NCBI GenBank assembly: GCA_038234445.1
Contig: JBBQTY010000001.1
Coordinates: 1-56,588 of the forward strand
From: Lysobacterales bacterium
GTDB lineage: Bacteria; Pseudomonadota; Gammaproteobacteria; Xanthomonadales; Rhodanobacteraceae
Direction of reading: 5' to 3'
Length of the DNA: 56,588 nucleotides
Within the stretch, counting starts at the first letter, position 1, and each line of letters begins with the position of its first letter. A program made the translations under genes and the position numbers. The notes beneath the pieces are model-generated. The model made no database searches and was not told the DNA's origin. It worked only from the letters and a program-made list of their open reading frames with translations. Shown here piece after piece: positions 1 through 8,334 of this stretch.

Positions 1-519
1 CTTGTGCTGCTGCACCTTGATCACAATGCCGTCCAGCCAGACGATCGGATAGATCGATTCCAACGGACGGTTTTGCCATGCGCGCGCTTCGTCCAGCACC
101 GCGTCGGTGATTTGGGACACCAGGCTGTGCGAGATCGTCACGCCGTACAGATCCACCAGTGCTGATTCGATATCGCGGGTGGTCAGACCTTTGGCGTAGA
201 GGGTCAGAATCTTCTCCTCCATTCCGGCCAGGCGAAGCTGGCGCTTGGGCACCAACTGCGGTTCGAACGTGCCATCACGATCGCGCGGTGTCTCGATCTG
301 CAAATCACCGACCGAGCTTTGCACAGTCTTGCGACTCTTCCCGTTGCGCGGGTTGCCGCCGGACTTCTGGTGCCGCTCATGACCCAGATGCGCCTGCATC
401 TCGGCCATGAGCGAGCGATTGATCATGTGCTGGAGCATCTGCGAGTACAGCTTCTCCATCTCCTGCGGCGTACTGTAGCCTGCCGTCAGTTCGTCCAATT
501 GAGCTTTCGTCAATCCCAT
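1..519 (-). CDS. IS256-family (mutator-type) transposase, N-terminal 173 aa, truncated by window edge
   Basis: Not in the ORF track; translated by hand from ATG at 519 (GAGGAG RBS upstream): MGLTKAQLDEL...EMQAHLGHERH...RNGKSRKTV...IETPRDRDGTFEPQLVPKRQ...KILTLYAKGLTTRDI...SLVSQITDAVLDEARAWQNRPLESIYPIVWLDGIVIKV. These are hallmark IS256 motifs. Confidence 0.93.
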   Translation of the reverse strand, partial: MGLTKAQLDELTAGYSTPQEMEKLYSQMLQHMINRSLMAEMQAHLGHERHQKSGGNPRNGKSRKTVQSSVGDLQIETPRDRDGTFEPQLVPKRQLRLAGMEEKILTLYAKGLTTRDIESALVDLYGVTISHSLVSQITDAVLDEARAWQNRPLESIYPIVWLDGIVIKVQQHK

Positions 520-586
520 CTCACTGCTCCTCGCGGCTTTGCCGCAGTCTCTCAAAGAGCAGATACACAGTTCAGTTTCCAGACTC
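1..586 (-). mobile_element. IS256-family insertion sequence, left end (runs off window start)
   Basis: Transposase ORF on the minus strand. Candidate terminal inverted repeat at ~561-586 (minus strand GAGTCTGGAAACTGAACTGTGTATCT) resembles IS256-type ends; the partner end is outside the window. Confidence 0.85.
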
Positions 587-643
587 GAACGTCACTCAAG
601 ATGACGGAGTCAGTAATATTTGGCTCTGATCGAACGATCCGAT

Positions 644-1306
644 CTATCGCTGAAGAGTTCCTTTTATTTGCTTTCCGCTTGGCAAACTAATCTCAACGGG
701 AGTTCCGTCAGAAATTCCCCAAACGTTTCGCGCCAAATATCCATAAAATCCAAGGGTTTCTAACGTGTCTCCACACCAAAGATTTGAAACCTCGTAGTCT
801 CCTCCCAACATGAATGGTTGGCGCGGGAAAAGCCTCCTTCCGTTTGGTATTGGGCCGTTGGTGTTCTGCCACTCCCATCCCAGAGGGAAGCCAGTCCAAT
901 ACCCGAAGTCGGACAGTATCGTATCTGCCCACTCTTCCGCGCTCCTTCCCATCGATTCAACTTCGGCTGTTTCTATGTTGAATTGGACGAATTCGCCATG
1001 CGCGATACAGAACTGATTTCCAAACATATCTTCACCGAACGAAAATAATTCGGAAGCAAGCTCCCCGTACTCTTGTCTCCAGCCCTGAGGAGAATTCCAT
1101 TCAACAATATTTTGCTTTTTATTAACATTAGTACTAAAAACATGAAGCGCAGATGCAAATGCATAAAATCCATTTCGCATGCCAAGCAGCTCCCTAAGCA
1201 GCATACACGGTTGACGGAGGCTGGATGGGAACTGACTTACTTCAAACTTTTCTTCTCCCAGCGCCGGGGAGGCCTTTCCTAAGAGTCTTTCTATCGCAAT
1301 CATCAT
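644..1306 (-). CDS. Immunity protein, SMI1/KNR4 (SUKH)-like N-domain plus DUF1851/Tdi1-like C-domain
   Basis: ATGA overlap with the toxin stop; AT-richer than flanks; no signal peptide. Motifs NGFYAF..ALHVF, FSFGEDMFGNQF, WQ..NGPIP.G.RL.P..PFMLGGDYEVSNL. Confidence 0.8.
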   Translation of the reverse strand: MMIAIERLLGKASPALGEEKFEVSQFPSSLRQPCMLLRELLGMRNGFYAFASALHVFSTNVNKKQNIVEWNSPQGWRQEYGELASELFSFGEDMFGNQFCIAHGEFVQFNIETAEVESMGRSAEEWADTILSDFGYWTGFPLGWEWQNTNGPIPNGRRLFPRQPFMLGGDYEVSNLWCGDTLETLGFYGYLARNVWGISDGTPVEISLPSGKQIKGTLQR

Positions 1307-4300
1307 CGCCCCTCAAATATCCATTGCACCCACGCCCCATCTGGCAAAAGGGAACAAGCGCGCCCCATGAATCCACCCAATCCTCGATTCGCCTTTAGCG
1401 GAATGGATCTAATGCTTGCTTTACCACCCAAGGGTTTCATGAATGCAGGTGGCCATTCGTCATTGTCCTTACCCGGGGAACATCCGCAACCACTAGTTCG
1501 CGATCGACGCCTCGAATTTGCACCGGGACGATCTAGCGGTAGTGCTTCAGACATCGGACCATCTGTGCCGACCGCATGATCTATGGCCTCCCGCCAATTC
1601 GCGCGATCTGGAACTGATATTTTAACTGGCTTGGAAGCGGAGCAGCCGCATCCGCTATCGAACTGGTTACGTGCAGCCTTCGCTACTCCAATCCCCTTTA
1701 GGCCACTAGGATCAATAAAACTATTTACTCGAGCTCGAACGAAGTCATACGTCGTCAATCCGCCCAGGACTCCAATCGGATCTGACTCTAAATACCGTCC
1801 CGTCCCCGGCTCATAGTCCCTAAAGTAGTTGTAATGCGTTTTCGTCTCGGCATCGTATTGCTGTCCTGGCAATCTCAGGCTGTAGTTGAACGCGGCGAGT
1901 CCGTTGGGCGCTTCGTTGGCGGGCGTATCGCCGAATGGGCTGGAGTCCCAGCGCCAGACGATTTGGTGACTGGCGTTTGCGATGACACGCGGACTGTCGA
2001 GGTGGTCCGGTTCGACGGCGAATACGGCAGCGCCAGCGGCGGATTGGCCACCGTGACTGGCAACCATCGCTATGGGTTTGATCACTGCGACTGGCGTGTC
2101 GTCAAGCCAGACGTGTTCGGCGATCAGGTTGCCGTTGGCTTCATATTCGCCAAGCAGATGACCTGCATCGTCATAGACGGTTTGCTTGAAGTTGCCACTT
2201 CCCGCGTCGGCGGGATCGGTATTGCCGGGGCCTTTCGGACATTGACTAGCCCCATCGGCCTTGCACACGCGCTCGCCGAACGCATTGATCGCGTAGCGAG
2301 CTACAACAGCATTGGTGCTTTGCAATCGTGCGCTTGTGAGACGGTTTCTGGCTGAGTAGGTATAGGCATAGGTGCCGTCGCTACTCGTGTTGCCGGCGGC
2401 GTCATAGCTGCGACTGGTGCTGTCGATCGCATCGAGACGATTGCTCGTGGTCGCTGTGGTGTAGATCGACGGTGCGCCATTGCGGGCTTCTGCACTGCGA
2501 TTGCCGGTGGCGTCGTACGCCCAGCCGAGGTTGAGCTGGGCGAGCGCGCCTTGGGTGGCTGCGTTGCTGGCTCCGCTCAGACGATCTTGCGCGTCGTAGG
2601 CGAAGGTCCAGTTGGGCGATTGCGGCGTGGCCGGAGTGGTGCCTTCCGGGGTGGCCGTATCGATCAGGCTGGTGATGCGATGTGCAGCGTCGTAGCCGAG
2701 CTGACGGTTGGCATCACCGAGCGTGTGGTGGGCAATACGTCCGTCGGTATCGAAGCTTCGTTCGTAGCGGAAGCCATTGGCGTTCGGTCCTTCGGTCCAG
2801 GCCTTGGATTCGCCGAACGGGAAGGTTTCGATCTCGCGGACGATGGTGACGCCGTTGACCGTGATGGTCAGCACGCGACCATCGGCACCGTAGGCGTAGC
2901 CGATCACGGCGCCGCTGGGCGTCGCCATCGCATCGAGACGGCCGGCGTCGTCATAGTGGTAGCCGGTGGACTTGGTCAAGGCGACCGAGCCATTGCCGAG
3001 CGATTGGGTGCGCGAGGTGACTCTGCCGTGGCGGTCGTAGATGAGGCTTGCACTACCAGCCCCATCACTCAGACTGGTCAGACGGCCTTTGGCGCCCTCG
3101 CCTCCGCTCGCTTCGTCGTAGTTGAAGCGCAGGGTTTCTTCGACGGAATCGAGCGCGGCCGGATCGCCAGCAGAAGCAGCGCCGTAGCCGATCTGCTTGA
3201 TGCGGTTAAGCGCATCGTAGGTGTAAACGCCGCGTTGGTTGCGCGCATCCGTGCGCACGGCAAGGTTACCTGCCAGATCGTAGCGATGTGCGGTGATGCC
3301 CGTGTCCGGGCTGGTCAGTTGGTCGAGTTCGTCGAAGCCGGTGTAGTGGTAAACCGTTGGCAGATTGCGCGGATCGGTGACGCGGGTCAGGTTGTCCTGA
3401 GCATCATAGGCGTAGCCGATGCGCGCGTGAGCCGGATCGGCGTCCGCGAGAACGTCGGTCTGATCGAGTCGGTCGAGGGCGTCATAGTGTTGCGTAGTGA
3501 CGTGATCGAGGGCATCGGTGACGGTTTTCTCGTTGCCGGTATCGTCATACGTGTAATGCGTCGCCTCGGCCTGGTCGCTGCCGTAGACCGCTTCAACACG
3601 ACCCAAGACATCGATGTGCCGGTTGACGACCTGCACGAGAGTCGCGCCATCGAAGGTTTCTTCCTTGGTGCGATTGCCGAGCGGATCAAGCGTGTAATGG
3701 ACGTGGCGGCCGCGACTATCGAGGACATCGGTCAGGCGGTCAGCGATATCGTAGCTATAGGCGAGATAACTGTCATCGGCGAGCGTCAGGCGATCGATAT
3801 TGCCACTCGGTGTGTAGGCGAACTGGGTTATCTCACCGGGATCGGCCTCGTCGATCTTCTCGATCATGTGGGTCATGCGACCGCGCAGATCGTAGCGGTA
3901 CTCGGTGATGCGTCCGTTCGCGTCGATGCGCTTTTTCAGCCGCGCGTCGTCGTCATACTCGGTGTAGTGGGTGTCGTTGCCTGCTGCATCGGTCATCGTC
4001 AGCGCGTTTCCGCTGACCGGATCGTAAGTCCATGCGCTGGCGTCGCTTACATCGCTGCGCGGACCATCGACTGTCAGCAACTGACCGTTGGCGTCGAAAC
4101 TGGTCGACCAGACTCGCGTTTCAGTGCGCGCAGTCACCGTGCGTGATTGCAGCTTTCCTTCATTGTCGTAGGCGAACACCGTGGTGCGCAGTCCGCCCTC
4201 GATTGGTTCGCGCGTTTCCAGTGGCAGAAACCAGAAGGGATGCCAGACTGTGGACGTGATGCGCTGTGATGGTGTGCCGGCGGCCTCGGTCAGGGTTTCA

Positions 4301-7300
4301 ATCAGGCCGCGACTGTTGCGGCCATAGCGCGTGATGCGCCCTTCAAAATCCTTGCGACTTTCGACAAGGCCGCGGCCATCGTAGATTGTCTCTGCGGCTA
4401 CGCCACCACCACAACTCCCGCAGGGTTCAGTGACCTTGCGCAGGTACTTGCGATCATTGACCGTGGCGAACTCGTAGGTGCGCTCGGTGCCGAGCGGGTC
4501 GATTTCGATCGTCTGGTTTTCCGCGTAGCGGAATGTATGCAACTCGATGCCGCCCGGCTTTCCACTCGACAGCACGCGGCCGAGATGATCATAGGTCCAA
4601 GTGACATAGCGCTCCCCTCGTTCGTCGGTGATGCCGGTCAGCGCAAAGCGGTGGATGACATCTTCGTAATGGTACTGGCGGGTCTTTGTATCGGGATAGG
4701 TCACCTTGCTCAGGTTGCCAAAACCATCGTGCTCGAAGCTGATCTGACGCTGTGAAGGATCCTTGAATCCGGCCAGGTAACCCGTGGTCGGATCGTAGTT
4801 GAAGGTCAGTGTGCGGCCAAAGGTATGCGTCACGCCGGTTAAACGGCCGGAGCCGTCATAGCTCAGTGTATGCGCGAGCCCCGCGCGATTCGTGATCGAC
4901 AACAGTCGCCCACTCGCGCTGTAGTGCTCGGTCGTATCCTGCGGGGTGTAGTGCAACCAGCCGGTGGTTGTGGCGCCGCTAACCTGGCGCTCGAGTCGGC
5001 CAGGAACGTTGCTCTCGGCGACATAGGCCGATCCCTGCCAGTTGAACTGGACCCACCCCCCATCCTCTCGGACGATCAGGACCGAGTTCGGACGCTCATC
5101 GGTTGGGAATGGGCTGCCATCCAACGACTGTGGCAAGCGCAAATTCTGGAAATAGCTGGCTGACCATTTGGCCCCGACGAATCCGCTCAGGTTTGGCACT
5201 GCCGACATGTACGTTCGCTCGAAGTGCAGCGGAAACGCACCGTCACCATGATAGTCGGATTCGGTCTGCCATTTGACGCCGCTGCCGATCGCTACCGGAT
5301 TTCCACGCGGCGTGTCACCGCCGCGGTCGTCGTCATCGCTACCGTCGCCGCCGCTAAACCCTAGACCATCAGCAATGGCTCCGGCGCTCAGATCAATGCC
5401 TAAAAAAGACGCAAATTTCCGCAGGCAGGGCGGTACATACGAACAAGCGATATTGTTGATCGTGTCAATACCAAGTTGCGCTTTTTCCTCCGGCGTGAGC
5501 GAGCCCCACTCATTGATGATCGAATTCAGCCACATCGAAACTTCATAGACGGCTTGGGCAATTCCAATCGTATACAGCACAGCATCGATAACGAGCAGCG
5601 CAGGAAGGATCGGTGCGAACAACGCCGCGGCCGCGGACGCGATCACCTGAAAGAGCGCGAACCGCTTTGCGTACCTGAAAAGAAAGCTTTCAAGGGCGGC
5701 AATTAGCCGGGTGTTGCAGAGAATCGCCAGCGACACAGCTACCAGAATGCAACCGACATTGATCCCGCCCGCCAAACCTCCTTCGATTCGCTGCAGTGAG
5801 CTGCCCGTTTGCGGGTCATAGATGACATAGCCCGCGCCGCTCCATCTCCCGATGCTGACCTCGCGCTCAGGCGCTATGGCTATCAGCCCCGCATCGACGC
5901 TCTGGCGGATTTCGTCTTCGGCGAATGACGACAAATGTAATTGACCCAACGCGACATTCAGATTGCTTCGATCAATCTGGAAAATTCGCTGACCATTGTC
6001 GATGGCGAGCTTGATGACCGTCGATGCCGATATACCCAGCCCCTGGCGCTCTGTTCCGGTCAACAATGGCCAAATCGCTCCTTCGGCCATCGACCCTGCG
6101 GAACCGATATGCAGTGAAAGCTGTCGGCGATCGTCCTCATTCTTGACCGTCAAACCGAGGCGCGCCGCCTTGATATCGGTGACTTGGCCAGCAATGAAAC
6201 CCGAGCGCGGAACACCAAAGAAGTAAGAGATCTCGTAGCTCTGGGCGAATGCGCCAATCGAGGGCAGGCGCAAAGCGACCGCGTCACTGGAGCGCGAAGC
6301 CTCTTCCTCGAGATTGTCGGCTATTGCCCAGTAGAGCAAGCCGCCGTAATAGAGCGCATCACGAGTCGGCAAGCTGGCCATGTCGGGCAGGTCTGCACCT
6401 TCGCGCCCTACGCGCGCAGGATCCATGCCGACAAGATCGGGAACCAAGGCAAACGTACTCCCTGCGGCAAATTGATAAGCCTCGGTCGTCGTCCGTCGGC
6501 CGCCAGCATCGCGCACATCAATATGCCAATAGTGCATCGTACCCATGCGCGTGGTGCCGGATTGCCAGAGCACCTCGTCATCAAGCATCAATCGTGGAAT
6601 CACATTGATTTGGGCGAGCGGTAGACTGGCCGCGTGCGACGCAGCATAGCTCGCGAAGGCCTGCGAATCGGCCGTTGTCGCCGGGGCGTATTCAACACCG
6701 AAATGGTGTTTGCCAAGCCGAACCATCGGCACGCTGATCTCCGCGCTCGGCGATTCGTAGCGCAGCGAGGATTCATCGGCATAAAAGCGAATTTCGATTG
6801 TCTGCCTCAGTGCCACCGGCAATTCGGCATAACGTGCGATCGTCGTGGAGCGCAACGGATAGGGCAGCGCACCGGCGAGTATCAGACTGTTGATCGGACG
6901 AATCGTCCGGCGGTCGCGGAAACTTCCCGTAGTGACGTTCGGGATGGCCGCATACATCTCGTTGCCGAGCTGCTGTGCGAGAACTCCTGTAGCCCGATTC
7001 ATCTCGTCGAAGTTGAATCCGGTAATGCCACCGGTCGCATCAACCTGAATGCCATCGGCAAAGTTCTGCCCGATCGTGCGCCGTGCTTCGAGGGTGTGCT
7101 GACGCCACGGATAGGCCTGGACATAGTCGAATTGCTTGAAGGCCACCTCGAATGGCACCCATTGATCGGGCACCCGATTGATCGCTCCTCGCGAGGGCAC
7201 AAAATCCACCCAGGCCTCGACCCAGACATGCTCGAATCGCGCGGCAACGATGCGCCCGCCGGTAACGACACTAGCTGTTGGGATACCTCCCTTCTGCATC

Positions 7301-8334
7301 AGGTCGATCGCCATTTGCGGCGTGGCGACGTTGCCAAGCCAGTTCTGCACTTCGGCGATGGGAATCTGGATCACGCTTTTTGCGTAGCGCGATGGCACAC
7401 CCGAAGTGCGCAGCAAGGCCAGGGTCAAGCTGGCGATGTCGAAGGCATTGCCTCGGCGGCTCAGCAGCGTCTGGTCGGCACCCTGGACCGAGCCGAATGA
7501 GGGATGGAACTCGATATTGTCGTAGACCCAATTGCGAATCTTTACCGGATTGCCTTCGAGCGACTGGGCCAACGCGACGATTGCCGGTGTGAACTTCGCA
7601 TCGAGAGTCTCGGCCAGAAATTCGGGGCCCGGCGCAGCGATCACAACCGAGGTTTCAACCGCGCCATCGAAATCGGGTTCTTGCGGTGCAGCGCCATCTT
7701 CTGCACGCGCGAACGATGTCGGCAACGCGTCCTTGTCGATCGCTTTCCAGGCGCGTGCGCGGCTTTGCTGGGCAAACCAGTCCGACAGATTCGCCAGCGA
7801 CGAACTGACTTCGGCAATAGACGCGCCGGTGTCACGCAACGGTGAAATCAGAGAGCGGAACTCCTGACTGCGCTGGAGAACCTCGGCCAGTAACGCAGCG
7901 TGCCGAGACACGACTTCAGCGTTGACGCCATCGGCGGTCATCTGCTCCGCCTCAGCAGTCCAGTCCTCCTCGATTTCGCTTTCGAAATCGCCGAGCTCAT
8001 CGACATCTGCGAGCACACGCAAGGTCAGTGCGTTCGGTTCGGTTTCTCCTACGCCTGCTTGTACATCTGCGGCACTGGGCTTGGCCGCGCCGGGAGGCTG
8101 GATGCGTGCGAGATCAGCGGCAATCGATTCCAGCTTTCGCGACAAGCTACGAACCCGATGATCCCGATCGCGTGCCGTTTGCACCGCTGCAATGGCCGCC
8201 GTGTAGTCCAAATGCTCGGCGGCCACGGCACGCGCCATATCCAGGTGCGAAAACCACATGACCGCGGCGATGCCGAATGACAGGGCCGCGCGCATCGTGG
8301 CGGTCCGAATGGAAGTAGCTGGCATGATCGTCAC
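1303..8334 (-). CDS. Secreted transglutaminase-like / DUF6531 / Rhs (YD-repeat) polymorphic toxin with C-terminal NucA/NucB-type DNase
   Basis: Sec-like signal (..GIAAVMWFSHLDMARA). TGase-like core (GSVQGADQTLLSRRGNAFDIASL..LLRTSGVPSRY; HVWVEAWVD). Hydrophobic segment, then GNPVAIGSG..PLHFERTY (DUF6531-like) and many YD repeats. Rhs core PGQQYDAETKTHYNYFRDYEPGTGRYLESDPIG...IDPSGL. Tip DNDEWPPA..GGKASIRSIPLKANRGLG. Confidence 0.9.
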   Translation of the reverse strand: MTIMPATSIRTATMRAALSFGIAAVMWFSHLDMARAVAAEHLDYTAAIAAVQTARDRDHRVRSLSRKLESIAADLARIQPPGAAKPSAADVQAGVGETEPNALTLRVLADVDELGDFESEIEEDWTAEAEQMTADGVNAEVVSRHAALLAEVLQRSQEFRSLISPLRDTGASIAEVSSSLANLSDWFAQQSRARAWKAIDKDALPTSFARAEDGAAPQEPDFDGAVETSVVIAAPGPEFLAETLDAKFTPAIVALAQSLEGNPVKIRNWVYDNIEFHPSFGSVQGADQTLLSRRGNAFDIASLTLALLRTSGVPSRYAKSVIQIPIAEVQNWLGNVATPQMAIDLMQKGGIPTASVVTGGRIVAARFEHVWVEAWVDFVPSRGAINRVPDQWVPFEVAFKQFDYVQAYPWRQHTLEARRTIGQNFADGIQVDATGGITGFNFDEMNRATGVLAQQLGNEMYAAIPNVTTGSFRDRRTIRPINSLILAGALPYPLRSTTIARYAELPVALRQTIEIRFYADESSLRYESPSAEISVPMVRLGKHHFGVEYAPATTADSQAFASYAASHAASLPLAQINVIPRLMLDDEVLWQSGTTRMGTMHYWHIDVRDAGGRRTTTEAYQFAAGSTFALVPDLVGMDPARVGREGADLPDMASLPTRDALYYGGLLYWAIADNLEEEASRSSDAVALRLPSIGAFAQSYEISYFFGVPRSGFIAGQVTDIKAARLGLTVKNEDDRRQLSLHIGSAGSMAEGAIWPLLTGTERQGLGISASTVIKLAIDNGQRIFQIDRSNLNVALGQLHLSSFAEDEIRQSVDAGLIAIAPEREVSIGRWSGAGYVIYDPQTGSSLQRIEGGLAGGINVGCILVAVSLAILCNTRLIAALESFLFRYAKRFALFQVIASAAAALFAPILPALLVIDAVLYTIGIAQAVYEVSMWLNSIINEWGSLTPEEKAQLGIDTINNIACSYVPPCLRKFASFLGIDLSAGAIADGLGFSGGDGSDDDDRGGDTPRGNPVAIGSGVKWQTESDYHGDGAFPLHFERTYMSAVPNLSGFVGAKWSASYFQNLRLPQSLDGSPFPTDERPNSVLIVREDGGWVQFNWQGSAYVAESNVPGRLERQVSGATTTGWLHYTPQDTTEHYSASGRLLSITNRAGLAHTLSYDGSGRLTGVTHTFGRTLTFNYDPTTGYLAGFKDPSQRQISFEHDGFGNLSKVTYPDTKTRQYHYEDVIHRFALTGITDERGERYVTWTYDHLGRVLSSGKPGGIELHTFRYAENQTIEIDPLGTERTYEFATVNDRKYLRKVTEPCGSCGGGVAAETIYDGRGLVESRKDFEGRITRYGRNSRGLIETLTEAAGTPSQRITSTVWHPFWFLPLETREPIEGGLRTTVFAYDNEGKLQSRTVTARTETRVWSTSFDANGQLLTVDGPRSDVSDASAWTYDPVSGNALTMTDAAGNDTHYTEYDDDARLKKRIDANGRITEYRYDLRGRMTHMIEKIDEADPGEITQFAYTPSGNIDRLTLADDSYLAYSYDIADRLTDVLDSRGRHVHYTLDPLGNRTKEETFDGATLVQVVNRHIDVLGRVEAVYGSDQAEATHYTYDDTGNEKTVTDALDHVTTQHYDALDRLDQTDVLADADPAHARIGYAYDAQDNLTRVTDPRNLPTVYHYTGFDELDQLTSPDTGITAHRYDLAGNLAVRTDARNQRGVYTYDALNRIKQIGYGAASAGDPAALDSVEETLRFNYDEASGGEGAKGRLTSLSDGAGSASLIYDRHGRVTSRTQSLGNGSVALTKSTGYHYDDAGRLDAMATPSGAVIGYAYGADGRVLTITVNGVTIVREIETFPFGESKAWTEGPNANGFRYERSFDTDGRIAHHTLGDANRQLGYDAAHRITSLIDTATPEGTTPATPQSPNWTFAYDAQDRLSGASNAATQGALAQLNLGWAYDATGNRSAEARNGAPSIYTTATTSNRLDAIDSTSRSYDAAGNTSSDGTYAYTYSARNRLTSARLQSTNAVVARYAINAFGERVCKADGASQCPKGPGNTDPADAGSGNFKQTVYDDAGHLLGEYEANGNLIAEHVWLDDTPVAVIKPIAMVASHGGQSAAGAAVFAVEPDHLDSPRVIANASHQIVWRWDSSPFGDTPANEAPNGLAAFNYSLRLPGQQYDAETKTHYNYFRDYEPGTGRYLESDPIGVLGGLTTYDFVRARVNSFIDPSGLKGIGVAKAARNQFDSGCGCSASKPVKISVPDRANWREAIDHAVGTDGPMSEALPLDRPGANSRRRSRTSGCGCSPGKDNDEWPPAFMKPLGGKASIRSIPLKANRGLGGFMGRACSLLPDGAWVQWIFEGR

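Noticed and set aside
319-690. 123-aa plus-strand ORF
   Set aside because: Antisense to the IS256 transposase and crosses the IS end.
2551-4146. 531-aa plus-strand ORF (also 18149-19645, 37088-38797, 47122-48246, 50275-51327 and many shorter ones)
   Set aside because: Antisense shadows of well-supported genes in GC-rich DNA; no recognisable motifs.
1303-8334. Calling the Rhs protein a T6SS effector or an active transglutaminase
   Set aside because: It has a Sec-like signal, there is no PAAR/VgrG/Eag in the window, and the catalytic Cys is replaced by Ala.
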